Positions 1 through 9,681 of a DNA stretch of 64,000 nucleotides are shown in pieces. The position numbers and the translations under genes are program-made. The stretch's first letter is position 1, and each line of letters starts with the position of its first letter. A model generated the notes under the pieces. The model ran no database searches, was not told the DNA's origin, and saw only the letters and a program-made list of their open reading frames with translations. The DNA is taken from positions 102,232 through 166,231 of the forward strand of contig VEXB01000001.1 of the NCBI GenBank assembly GCA_009391195.1. The letters are read 5' to 3'. Source of the DNA: SAR202 cluster bacterium AC-647-P02_OGT_505m (GTDB lineage Bacteria > Chloroflexota > Dehalococcoidia > Lucifugimonadales > UBA826).

Positions 1-3000
1 TCGCCCATTTTTTTGCCTTCGATACTTTTCTAGCTTTCTTTTGCGTATGGTCATTATTCTTTCTATTAAAAGTTCTTCAAACCGGAAAAACATCAGCTTC
101 TGTCATTGCGGGAATTTTAATAGGCCTTGGATTAGCATCAAAAATCAGTCTTATGCCAATTCTTGGTGCTTATGTATTCGCCCATTTACTACATGCCTTC
201 ACCATAGGGTCTGCTGGTTTGGGAGTAAAAGAATCCGCTATAACTCGAACAATAACATCTGCCATCTGGGGACTTATTGCCTTAGTTATTACTTTCATAA
301 TAGTAGAACCCTACGCAATTTTGGATTGGGGGCGTTTTACGCAGGACATAAAAGAGCAATCGGATATGGTCAGGAGAATTAGTGATTATCCGTACACACG
401 ACAATACATAGATACAACCCCTTACCTATACCAGCTAATACAACTAGGTCGTTGGGGATTAGGTTGGCCACTAGCGGTCCTATCATTCGTTGGGGTTGGT
501 TGGGCCTGTTGTAGAGGAATTTCCTCCAAAGCCTCCCTATTTTTCCTGCTCTTTTCCCTGATAATTCCAGCCGCCATTCTGATACTCAATAACTCTATTT
601 TCTACGTAGTAATCGCAATGACCATCACTCTCGGGAGTCTTCTACTCACTTCTTTTTTTAGAAATGAATCGGGTCGAGTATCCATGCTTCTTCTATCATG
701 GGTTATTCCATACGTTCTCATTACAGGTAGCTTTGACGTAAAATTCACCCGGTATACATTACCCTTCATACCGCTAACCACGCTTTTTGCCTCCGCATTC
801 CTCGTCCACTGGGCTACCTCTGACTCAATTCGTAAAAGATTGACCGGTGTTACAACTCTAGCAATCACAATACTCATCACTGGGTTATGTGCCGCTTCAA
901 TGGTTTCAATTTATTCGGAAAAACATACGGGTGTTCAGGCATCTGTATGGCTCAACGATAATGCTCCGTCAGGTTCCCACATATTGAAGGAGCACTGGGA
1001 AGAGGGTCTTCCAAACTTGAGTGGTTTTTCAGTCAAAGAACTCGCAATTTATGAGACAGACAATAAATTCAAAATTCAAAAAATGTCTGAAAAACTGGCT
1101 ACCGGCGACTACTTGGTTATCTATAGTAATCGACTCTATGGAACAGTCACCAGATTGATAGACCGCTATCCACTTATGATTGGGTACTACAATGCACTAT
1201 TCACGGGACAATTGGGTTACGAACCTGTCTTTATAGGAACTTCTCACCTAAATTTAATGGGTTTTTCATTCAGAGAGGATACATTCACCAGGCCAAATCT
1301 ACCTGACCCAGCAATACCTCATCACGAAGAAAGATCTAGGGGTCTGAACGCTGGGTTTGCAGATGAAAGTTTTTCGGTATACGACCATCCCAAGGTCATG
1401 ATATTTGAAAATGTTTCCCGGTTGTCTGACATAGAAATAAATGAGTCGATACACTCCGAGACCAATAGATTGGTCCCTTCTGAACATCAATCACAGCATC
1501 AGCAAAGTGTAGAAGTGGAAAATCGGGCTAATGAAAAAAATCTTATGATGGATCCTTGGATGTCTCAGGAACAGCAGAAAGGGGGCACCTGGAATGAGAT
1601 CTTCACTACAAATCCAGTAATTACAAAAATGCCAGCCTTAATCTGGATTCTCTACGTAGAATTTATAGCTTTGTTGGCGTTTCCTATCGGATTTATAGTT
1701 TTCCGAGGACTTAACAGTCGTGGCTTTCTTCTTATGAAGGGGCTAGGAATATTGATAGTTTCGTTCATTGCTTGGATACTGGCGAGCTTACATATAGTTG
1801 CATTCGGAACCTTAGCAGTCTGGGTGGGAATTGGAACGTTGACTGTTATTTCTTCCTTTACGACTTATCTATACAAAGACGAAATATTGCTGTTTATAAA
1901 AACCCGATGGAAAACCATTACTCTGTTGGAAATCATGTTTCTCGTCGCTTTCATCGCCTTCTTGTTAGTACGGATGGCAAATCCCGACCTCTGGCACCCT
2001 TATCGCGGAGGGGAAAAACCGATGGATATCGGCTATCTGAATGCAGTCGTGAAATCAAGCTATATGCCTCCATACGATCCTTGGTTTTCTGGTGGGTATT
2101 TAAATTATTACTACTGGGGGCAGCTGATAATAGCCTGTTTTATACACCTAACGGGGATCACAACAGAAATAGCATATAACCTCGCTATTCCAACCTTATT
2201 CGCATTGACAGTGGGTGGAGCCTTCACGATCGGGTCCAATCTTGTCAGCGTGTCCTCTATCAGGCTTCATTCATCCAAAATATCTGCACATTTCAGAAAA
2301 AGACTCGATTGGTTAATTGGTGCTGTAGCAGTAATTTTTGTGTGCATCATTGGAAACTTTGACGGTCTTATCCAAACAGTGTCTCTAGTGAAAAATCGAT
2401 TCATCCATGGTATGACCGGGAGCGAGTTCGACTTCTGGCGTAGTAGCCGAATGATGGCTCCTGACCCTCCCGGCTTTGAAATAACTGAATTCCCTTTCTT
2501 TACCTTCCTTTTTGCTGACTTACATGCACACCTAATATCTATACCATTCGTCTTACTTGTACTTGGATTGGGTATGGCAATATTTCTTGCCCCACAGAAA
2601 AAAGCGCCAAAGAGATTTCGACTACAGGAAGAATTTATAAGATTATCGATACTGGGCCTAGCAATCGGGTCCCTCAGGGTCATAAATACCTGGGACCTCC
2701 CTACCTACATGGTCATATCGTTTCTCTGTATCGGTATAGGACAACTTGTACGACATGGGGGACTTGGAATATCTCCAATAGCAATAGCTTTTTGGAAATC
2801 TGGCTACACCTGCTTAGTGGCTTTTGTTGCTTTCCTTCCCTATCACATAACGAGTATGAATTTCTTTACTAATTTTCAGACCACGACAAATATGACTACT
2901 TTTAGTCAAATTATCTCAGTAAACGGCCTATTTATATTCTTAATCACATCAGGATGCGTATATCTATTAAAAACACAATTGAAGAACTCCATTTCGAATC

Positions 3001-3992
3001 TAAAATCACTTTTTTTATCCGTCATCAATCATAACAATCTTAGCCCCGCGAAGGTCATCGGATTAACGATATTTCTTCTATTAGTAGGATACCTAATAAC
3101 GTTCATATGGATTGGAAAATTGGGCGGTGTTATCCCCGTCTCCACAGGTCTTATTTTGATTTTGGCTATCAGCCTTTTTTCCAGTCCTTCCTCTGAATAT
3201 AGACACCTACCAATTCGCATTTTTGCCCATCTCCTGGGCATAGCTGGTCTGGGACTTTTAGTCTTTGTGGAAATATGGAGATTGGAGGGAGATATTGACC
3301 GGATGAACACGGTGTTCAAGTTCTATGGTCAAGCATGGATTCTGTTGGGGATTTCGTCCACTTACTTCCTTTATAGAGCCTTCCTGAAAATGCCCGGACT
3401 GACGCCTTTACTGCGATGGACTTGGGTCGGAATCACATTAGGCTTAATCATAGTAAGCCTAATTTATCCAGTAATGGGTAGCCGCGACAGGATCCGGGAC
3501 CGTTTCCAGAATGAAGACGGAAAATTCACCCTAAATGGGTACTCATATATAGACGAATCTATATATAAAGATCCGAAAGGAGATATTGACCTTTCTTCCG
3601 ACATGATCGGAATCGATTGGTTGCGGAAAAACATACCTGGGTCACCTATAGTGCTGGAGGGTGTTACCCCTACTTATAGGTGGGGCGGACGCGTATCTAT
3701 AAATACGGGCCTGCCAACCGTAATAGGTTGGAAGTGGCATCAGGAACAACAGAGATGGGGACAGAGAGAAATGGTAGCTAAAAGAATTAGAGACGTTGAG
3801 GCAATCTATTCAGAGCCAAAATTGGCGAGTGCTTTACTAGACAAATACGAAGTAGACTATGTGTACATTGGCCAAGTGGAAAAACTCTATTATCCTGCTG
3901 AAGGGATCGCATATCTCCAGGCAGGGCTGGACGGGAAATTACTACCCGTATTTACTTCTGAAGATGTAACCATAATGAGGGTTTCCAAATAA
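1..3992 (+). CDS. Giant polytopic membrane protein, DUF2298 / Chlor_Arch_YYY family; 5' end lies outside the window
   Basis: The frame of the listed ORF (153..3992) stays open back to nt 3 with no stop (AHFFAFDTFLAFFCVWSLFFLLKVLQTGKTSASVIAGILIGLGLASKISL before the listed Met), so the gene is truncated by the window edge. It has many hydrophobic segments separated by soluble regions. The diagnostic YYY motif FSGGYLNYYYWGQ is present. The N-terminal part looks like a GT-C (ArnT/PMT-like) membrane glycosyltransferase. Confidence 0.75.
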   Translation, partial: AHFFAFDTFLAFFCVWSLFFLLKVLQTGKTSASVIAGILIGLGLASKISLMPILGAYVFAHLLHAFTIGSAGLGVKESAITRTITSAIWGLIALVITFIIVEPYAILDWGRFTQDIKEQSDMVRRISDYPYTRQYIDTTPYLYQLIQLGRWGLGWPLAVLSFVGVGWACCRGISSKASLFFLLFSLIIPAAILILNNSIFYVVIAMTITLGSLLLTSFFRNESGRVSMLLLSWVIPYVLITGSFDVKFTRYTLPFIPLTTLFASAFLVHWATSDSIRKRLTGVTTLAITILITGLCAASMVSIYSEKHTGVQASVWLNDNAPSGSHILKEHWEEGLPNLSGFSVKELAIYETDNKFKIQKMSEKLATGDYLVIYSNRLYGTVTRLIDRYPLMIGYYNALFTGQLGYEPVFIGTSHLNLMGFSFREDTFTRPNLPDPAIPHHEERSRGLNAGFADESFSVYDHPKVMIFENVSRLSDIEINESIHSETNRLVPSEHQSQHQQSVEVENRANEKNLMMDPWMSQEQQKGGTWNEIFTTNPVITKMPALIWILYVEFIALLAFPIGFIVFRGLNSRGFLLMKGLGILIVSFIAWILASLHIVAFGTLAVWVGIGTLTVISSFTTYLYKDEILLFIKTRWKTITLLEIMFLVAFIAFLLVRMANPDLWHPYRGGEKPMDIGYLNAVVKSSYMPPYDPWFSGGYLNYYYWGQLIIACFIHLTGITTEIAYNLAIPTLFALTVGGAFTIGSNLVSVSSIRLHSSKISAHFRKRLDWLIGAVAVIFVCIIGNFDGLIQTVSLVKNRFIHGMTGSEFDFWRSSRMMAPDPPGFEITEFPFFTFLFADLHAHLISIPFVLLVLGLGMAIFLAPQKKAPKRFRLQEEFIRLSILGLAIGSLRVINTWDLPTYMVISFLCIGIGQLVRHGGLGISPIAIAFWKSGYTCLVAFVAFLPYHITSMNFFTNFQTTTNMTTFSQIISVNGLFIFLITSGCVYLLKTQLKNSISNLKSLFLSVINHNNLSPAKVIGLTIFLLLVGYLITFIWIGKLGGVIPVSTGLILILAISLFSSPSSEYRHLPIRIFAHLLGIAGLGLLVFVEIWRLEGDIDRMNTVFKFYGQAWILLGISSTYFLYRAFLKMPGLTPLLRWTWVGITLGLIIVSLIYPVMGSRDRIRDRFQNEDGKFTLNGYSYIDESIYKDPKGDIDLSSDMIGIDWLRKNIPGSPIVLEGVTPTYRWGGRVSINTGLPTVIGWKWHQEQQRWGQREMVAKRIRDVEAIYSEPKLASALLDKYEVDYVYIGQVEKLYYPAEGIAYLQAGLDGKLLPVFTSEDVTIMRVSK

Positions 3993-4015
3993 AAAAACCC
4001 TGAACATATTTCAGG
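3990..4015 (-). terminator. Candidate rho-independent terminator of the 4011..4868 gene
   Basis: The minus strand reads CCTGAA-ATATG-TTCAGG-G-TTTTTTT: a 6-bp stem, a 5-nt loop and a T7 run. The stop codon TGA lies in the 5' arm. The stem is short and only 50 percent GC, so this is tentative. Confidence 0.35.
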
Positions 4016-4868
4016 CAGGATGCGCGACGTTAAACAAATTATTCTGCCGTGAGTGCAAGTATCGAGACGAGAGGAAGGCCAAAGGTTTTCTCGCAGCAGC
4101 AAATTCGTCCCGAAGAACTGAAAAAACATCTGTCAATTCAAGAACACTGGCAGTGGGATGTTCTTCAGCCAGTCTGTAAAACCGTCTGCCTTCATTTTCA
4201 TACTCCTCAAGGCTACGCCGCCTTTTCCTCATGAAGGAAGTTCTCGGGTAAGTTCCGGATTGAAAATTTGAGTTAAAATGGCTTTTCTGGGAATAAGTAG
4301 AGTCCCGAAACAATCCCGTTAAAAATAGACAAACGTCACCGATCCTCTTGTAATAAGAAAACCTTTCAGACTCATCTGCCCTTGCGGCAAAATCTATCAG
4401 ACTATCAACGTCCATATCATTATATCGGACCCTACGTCGGATACCCTTCCTTACACGAACAGGCACCACAAAACTCCGAATTCGAGTGAACGAAGCAAGC
4501 ATGTTCGCCAAGTATTCAAGAACATTCGGGGTGTCAAGGAATCCTGCCACTTTCCCCGTATCAAACACAGGGATGTTTCCCCTGCCTTCACGCTCAATAG
4601 TGTATGCAGAAGAAATCAGATCTTTCTGAGCTCTTCTCAGCAACACTTCAAAATAGAGTGAAGGTGATATCTTCAGAAAAGATTCGCCGTCGTTTATGAC
4701 CTGGGAAAACACCCGTTCATCTGAAACGATTGCTCTCCTGTATTCAGGGTCATTCCTAATTGCCTCCCGCACTGAGAAAGTATTTAAAGCGCCAGGGGTA
4801 ACAATGGAAACTAAAAAATCTAGGTCACGATCCGTAAAATCCAAATATACAGGCTTATGATTCACCAT
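4011..4868 (-). CDS. Hypothetical protein (285 aa), no family recognised
   Basis: Long ORF with a strong SD (GGAGGG, 5-6 nt before the ATG). The composition looks protein-like, with a basic patch RVRKGIRRRVR and FMRKRRRSLEEYENEGRRFY. I recognise no motif. Confidence 0.6.
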   Translation of the reverse strand: MVNHKPVYLDFTDRDLDFLVSIVTPGALNTFSVREAIRNDPEYRRAIVSDERVFSQVINDGESFLKISPSLYFEVLLRRAQKDLISSAYTIEREGRGNIPVFDTGKVAGFLDTPNVLEYLANMLASFTRIRSFVVPVRVRKGIRRRVRYNDMDVDSLIDFAARADESERFSYYKRIGDVCLFLTGLFRDSTYSQKSHFNSNFQSGTYPRTSFMRKRRRSLEEYENEGRRFYRLAEEHPTASVLELTDVFSVLRDEFAAARKPLAFLSSRYLHSRQNNLFNVAHPA

Positions 4869-5052
4869 GCTGCCCTCCGCATGAATCCTTCAGCGCTACA
4901 ACCGCGCCGCATTCAAACCCTTACACACAAGGGAGATACTACACTGAGAACCTAGGGTATGCCATGAAAAAAAATGACGGAATTTAAGACGTTGATTAAC
5001 TCTCCCAGAATCAACAAGATGAATTATTTTTAACGACAGTTGCCTTACGGAA

Positions 5053-5081
5053 TTGACACTCTTACTAGCCCTCGAGACAAT
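5053..5081 (+). promoter_or_regulatory. Candidate sigma70-type promoter for the CoA-transferase/peptidase genes
   Basis: TTGACA (5053-5058), a 17-nt spacer, then GACAAT (5076-5081), about 65 nt upstream of the TTG start at 5146. This is pattern matching only. Confidence 0.3.
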
Positions 5082-5145
5082 GTCGCACATAGCAAATACG
5101 TTTACCTAAAAATTCCAACTTCAGCTGCTAGGAGCTATTCCACTC

Positions 5146-6366
5146 TTGCCGTACACCGCTCTGAAAAAATTCACCGTCTTGGATTTATCCAACAGACTGG
5201 CAGGTTCATTTTGTGCCAAAACGCTAGGACTCTACGGCTGTGAAGTAATCAAAATTGAGCCTCCTTCAGGAGACCTGACGCGCAAATGGAGCGACAGTCC
5301 GAACTCGTGTGAGCCCGGAGACAGTCCATTATTCCATCATCTAAACGCTGGGAAAAAAAGTGTCACACTAAATATAGATTCCCCAGAAGGGCGAGATATT
5401 TTAGGTATATTAATTCAAAAATCTGGGGTATTAATCGAAACCTTCCAACCTGGGAGAATGGAGTCTCTAGGATTTTCATATAAATCTATATCTGATACCA
5501 ATCCTGGCTTGATAATGACATCCGTTACCCCATACGGACAGACCGGGCCACACAGTGAATTCGACTACACAGAATTAACGGTTTTCGCGATGTCTGGCGC
5601 TATGCACAGGGAAGGGCTTCCAAACAGATATCCTATACGATACGGAGCAGAAGTTGCTCAGTACTATTCGGGAAACTTGGCTGCAGCCGCAACGGTATCA
5701 GCACTCTTAAAATTTTTAAGAAAGGGAAAAGGTGACTGGCTGGATATATCAATCCAAGAATGCATGGCTGGACATCCTCATCAGATAGGAAGAAGAGCAC
5801 CTTTTATATATTCCGGTGAGCTTGACCCTAGGGAACAACCTAGAATTTCCGCTTCGGGCACAAGGGAGCCATACGCCGTGGGTACTTTCCGTTGTAAAGA
5901 TGGCTTTATGAGCTTTCTACCGCTTGGGGCACGAATGTGGCCTAATATAGCTAGAATGATTGATCGTGAGGATCTCATAAGTAACCCTTTATTTGAGGAC
6001 TCGGACAAAAGGACCGCCAACAGGATAGAACTAGAATCGATATTTCAAGGTTGGTTGAACGAACGTACCCGTCAAGAAATATTTGAAGCAATCCAGGAAG
6101 CAGGAATACCCGGTTCCCCCATACTCAGAAGCGACGAAGTAATGAAAAATGAGCAATTCCTAAACAGAGAATATTTCACCCTTGTAGATCACCCCCAACA
6201 AGGTCAGATAAAACTAACTGGAGACCCCTTTCGGTTGTCTGCAGTGGACAAAATGCCCTTAAGGCCTGCTCCTCTTCTTGGAGAACATACTGAGCAGGTT
6301 TTGACAGAAACGATCGGTATAGACACGAACCACTTTATGTCGCTGAGAGAAAGGGGAATAGTGTGA
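5146..6366 (+). CDS. Family III CoA-transferase (CaiB/BaiF family), paralog 1
   Basis: 406 aa. The N-terminus FTVLDLSNRLAGSFCAKTLGLYGCEVIKIEPPSGD and the central TPYGQTGPHSEFDYTELTVFAMSGAMH are typical of the family. TTG start with GGAG 12 nt upstream. Confidence 0.85.
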   Translation: MPYTALKKFTVLDLSNRLAGSFCAKTLGLYGCEVIKIEPPSGDLTRKWSDSPNSCEPGDSPLFHHLNAGKKSVTLNIDSPEGRDILGILIQKSGVLIETFQPGRMESLGFSYKSISDTNPGLIMTSVTPYGQTGPHSEFDYTELTVFAMSGAMHREGLPNRYPIRYGAEVAQYYSGNLAAAATVSALLKFLRKGKGDWLDISIQECMAGHPHQIGRRAPFIYSGELDPREQPRISASGTREPYAVGTFRCKDGFMSFLPLGARMWPNIARMIDREDLISNPLFEDSDKRTANRIELESIFQGWLNERTRQEIFEAIQEAGIPGSPILRSDEVMKNEQFLNREYFTLVDHPQQGQIKLTGDPFRLSAVDKMPLRPAPLLGEHTEQVLTETIGIDTNHFMSLRERGIV

Positions 6367-7718
6367 ATTTCAACTCCACCGACGAGCTCCCACTATCAGG
6401 CATAAGAGCGCTTGAGCTCTCTGAAATATGGGCTGGCCCATACTGCGGGTGTTTGCTGAGTGACATGGGCGCAGAAGTAATAAAAATTGAATCTATTCAA
6501 CGAATTGCCAGAGGTCCGATAAACCCTTCACCAGACGGGATGTACCCAGAACAGGATCCTGGAAACCATCCATGGAACAGACAGGCAAATTTTAATTCAA
6601 CTAACCGCAACAAGAAGGGACTCACATTAGATCTAAAAACTCGGCTGGGTGTAGAAGCTTTCAGTAATCTTGTAAAAGTAAGTGACATAGTTTTTTGTAA
6701 TTACGCTAGAACTGTCATGGAAGGGTTTGGTTTGGGCTATGAACAGGTGAAAAGTATAAAACCTGACATTATATATTTGCTCATGCCAGGCTATGGAAAC
6801 ACCGGACCGTACAAGAACTACAGAAGCATGGGAATGGCAATTGACGCTATTACTGGGCATTCTTATCTGAGAGGATATCCAGATATGGACCATACAAGCA
6901 ATTCCCTCGTGCATCACCCGGATGCCGCTGCTGCAGTAAATGCAACACTTGCTCTATCAACAGCATTAGTTCATAGGGAACTTACAGGTGAAGGACAATT
7001 CATAGATATGTCTCAGGCCGAGTCATTTATGACCCACATGGGTGAAATGTTCATCGAATATCAAATGTCTGGCATCCCGAGGAACAGAAGAGGAAATCGA
7101 CATCCCGGGTATGCTCCGCAAGGAGCGTATAAATGTGAAGGTGAGGACAATTGGATCGCTATAAGTATTACTAACGCGGAACAATGGAATTTGTTCTGCG
7201 AAATAATCTCCTTGGATCTCGACAAAGACCCACGGTTTTCAACAGTAGAAGGCAGAATCAAAAACCATGATGATTTAGACGCTGTTATCACTACGTGGAC
7301 CTCGGTAAGAGAGAGGTATGACGTGATGAATGCACTCCAAGCTAAAGGAATTCCTTCGGGAGTAGTACTAAATTGCGGACCAGACACCTATGCCGATCCA
7401 CATTTAAATGAACGGGAATTTTTCCAAATAGTTGAACACCCTGAAGCTGGGATATTTCCCATGTCTGGGCCAGTTCTACGCTTCAATAGTTCATACGGTT
7501 CTGTGACCCACAATCCGTCACCAACCCTAGGCCAGCATAACAATTACATACTGGAAGACATTCTTGGCTATTCGAAAAGTAAGATTGAATTAATGGAACA
7601 TATGGAAATCATTGGAACAGTTCCCCTACCTGGAGCTGATCTTGGAGGATCCCGTAGAGCGGCAAAAGAACAGGCACGTCAGAAAAATACAACCCTTAAT
7701 AATGCCGAAAATGAATAA
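6363..7718 (+). CDS. Family III CoA-transferase (CaiB/BaiF family), paralog 2
   Basis: 451 aa, with IRALELSEIWAGPYCGCLLSDMGAEVIKIE and MPGYGNTGPYKNYRSMGMAIDAITG. The GTG start overlaps the upstream stop (GTGA), which suggests translational coupling. Confidence 0.85.
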   Translation: MNFNSTDELPLSGIRALELSEIWAGPYCGCLLSDMGAEVIKIESIQRIARGPINPSPDGMYPEQDPGNHPWNRQANFNSTNRNKKGLTLDLKTRLGVEAFSNLVKVSDIVFCNYARTVMEGFGLGYEQVKSIKPDIIYLLMPGYGNTGPYKNYRSMGMAIDAITGHSYLRGYPDMDHTSNSLVHHPDAAAAVNATLALSTALVHRELTGEGQFIDMSQAESFMTHMGEMFIEYQMSGIPRNRRGNRHPGYAPQGAYKCEGEDNWIAISITNAEQWNLFCEIISLDLDKDPRFSTVEGRIKNHDDLDAVITTWTSVRERYDVMNALQAKGIPSGVVLNCGPDTYADPHLNEREFFQIVEHPEAGIFPMSGPVLRFNSSYGSVTHNPSPTLGQHNNYILEDILGYSKSKIELMEHMEIIGTVPLPGADLGGSRRAAKEQARQKNTTLNNAENE

Positions 7719-7724
7719 TCAAAA

Positions 7725-9674
7725 ATGGCAAAAAAAAATATAGCCTCATACGGTTCCTGGGAATCCCCTATATCTACAAAAATGATAGTGTCTGAAGCTG
7801 TAGGCCTTGGGGACATGGATATAGATGGAAGTGACATCTACTGGCTAGAAACCCGACCAGAAGAGTCTGGAAGACACGTCGTAGTACGAAAAACTTCTGA
7901 AGGCCTGATAAACGACGTGACTCCACTCGGATTCAGTGCTAGAACATCGGTACATGAATACGGAGGCGGATCTTATCTAGCATACCGAGGAACCGTATTC
8001 TTCTCTAATTACTCCGATCAGCGAGTTTATAAAGTAAAAACTGAAGAAGGTAATCCAATACCTATCACTCCAGAAGGATTGGATATTAGATTCGCAAATG
8101 GCTCTGTGGACGAATTAAGAAATAGAATTATCTATGTCAGAGAGGATCACTCTCAAACAGGTGAAGCCGTTAACACCTTGGTGGCTCTAGATATGGACGA
8201 TGTGGCGGAAGGAATCATACTCACGGAAGGAGCTGACTTTTACTCATCTCCCTCCGTAAGCCCAGATGGTTCCTCAGTCGCGTGGATACAATGGGACCAT
8301 CCCAATATGCCCTGGGATTCCACTGAACTCTGGGTGGCAGACATATCAGAAACGGGAATGTTCGAAAATAAAAGAAAACTTAGGGGTTCTTCAGGAGAAT
8401 CCATCTGCCATCCTAGCTGGTCTCCAGATAACTTATTGTATTTTGTTTCCGACGTCTCCGGCTGGTGGAATATACACCGGTACCAAGATATTCAGTTAAC
8501 CAAGTCAAAGAATTTGACTCCAATAAAAGCAGAATTCACACAGGCTCAATGGGGACTTGGCTCTCGTTATTATGGTTTCCTATCAGAGGACCGCATAATA
8601 TGTGCCTACAACACGAATGGGAAATGGAATCTTGCAGAACTAGATGTAAATACTTCCAAACTTGAAGGTATTCAAACAGCTTTCACTGAATTTAATAGAT
8701 CTGGGCTAGAGTCAAAGAACGGAATGACTGTGTTGGGAGCGGGATCCTCCATAAAACCATTCTCAGTTTACCTTTACCTAGATAAGAAAGTTACTGAACT
8801 AAAGAGTGCGATTCGACCTAAAGTGGATGAGACATATTTCTCACTTCCAGAATCAATAACATTCCCAACCTCAGAAGATCTGAATTCACATGGGTTTTTC
8901 TACCCTCCACACAATCCCGACTACGATCAAGAGGAACTGAATCAGCTACCACCTCTTCTTGTACTTAGCCATGGTGGACCAACAGGAGCTACAAGTACTA
9001 CTTTGGACCTTTCGATTCAATTTTGGACCAGTCGGGGATTTGGGGTTCTTGATGTCAACTATAGGGGAAGCACAGGATATGGAACGACCTATAGGAAACG
9101 TCTAAATGGAAAATGGGGCATCGTAGACATTGATGATTGCGTCAACGGAGCCCTATATTTGGCAAAAAGAGGAGACATCGACAAAGAGAAAATGAGTATA
9201 CGAGGTGGCAGCGCAGGCGGCTACACCACATTAGCAGCCTTGACATTCAAGAATGTTTTTAGCGCAGGTGCAAGCTACTACGGAGTTAGTGATTTAGAGG
9301 CTCTCGCAAAAGACACTCATAAATTTGAATCTCGATATATGGATTCAATGGTTGGGCCTTATCCTGAAAATAAAGCTGTCTACAGAGAGAGATCACCAAT
9401 CTTTCACACCGAAAAACTCTCATGCCCGGTAATTCTGTTCCAGGGTCTTGAAGACAAAATAGTACTTCCAAATCAAGCAGAGATGATGGTCGCATCTCTC
9501 AAAGATAAAAAGATACCGGTCGCCTATCTTCCATTTGAAGGTGAGCAACACGGATTCAGAATATCCAAAAACATTCAACGCACGTTGGAGGCTGAACTAT
9601 ATTTTTACTCTAAGGTTTTTGGATTTAAGGCAGCCGGAAAAATCAAACCTGTACAAATAGACGGTCTCAACTGA
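7725..9674 (+). CDS. S9 family serine peptidase (prolyl oligopeptidase / acylaminoacyl-peptidase-like)
   Basis: 649 aa. An N-terminal beta-propeller-like region is followed by a C-terminal alpha/beta hydrolase domain. It carries the nucleophile elbow IRGGSAGGY, then GLEDKIV (Asp) and GEQHGF (His). Confidence 0.85.
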   Translation: MAKKNIASYGSWESPISTKMIVSEAVGLGDMDIDGSDIYWLETRPEESGRHVVVRKTSEGLINDVTPLGFSARTSVHEYGGGSYLAYRGTVFFSNYSDQRVYKVKTEEGNPIPITPEGLDIRFANGSVDELRNRIIYVREDHSQTGEAVNTLVALDMDDVAEGIILTEGADFYSSPSVSPDGSSVAWIQWDHPNMPWDSTELWVADISETGMFENKRKLRGSSGESICHPSWSPDNLLYFVSDVSGWWNIHRYQDIQLTKSKNLTPIKAEFTQAQWGLGSRYYGFLSEDRIICAYNTNGKWNLAELDVNTSKLEGIQTAFTEFNRSGLESKNGMTVLGAGSSIKPFSVYLYLDKKVTELKSAIRPKVDETYFSLPESITFPTSEDLNSHGFFYPPHNPDYDQEELNQLPPLLVLSHGGPTGATSTTLDLSIQFWTSRGFGVLDVNYRGSTGYGTTYRKRLNGKWGIVDIDDCVNGALYLAKRGDIDKEKMSIRGGSAGGYTTLAALTFKNVFSAGASYYGVSDLEALAKDTHKFESRYMDSMVGPYPENKAVYRERSPIFHTEKLSCPVILFQGLEDKIVLPNQAEMMVASLKDKKIPVAYLPFEGEQHGFRISKNIQRTLEAELYFYSKVFGFKAAGKIKPVQIDGLN

Positions 9675-9681
9675 AGTCTTT

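Noticed and set aside
41-382. 113-aa plus-strand ORF at the window start
   Set aside because: It is an alternative frame of the YYY membrane-protein gene, whose frame is open from nt 3. Its Cys/Arg/Asn-rich composition is not protein-like.
4896-5243. Small ORFs 4896..5090 (minus strand) and 5040..5243 (plus strand) in the divergent control region
   Set aside because: They have no SD and overlap the promoter candidate and the start of the CoA-transferase gene in a different frame. They are probably spurious.
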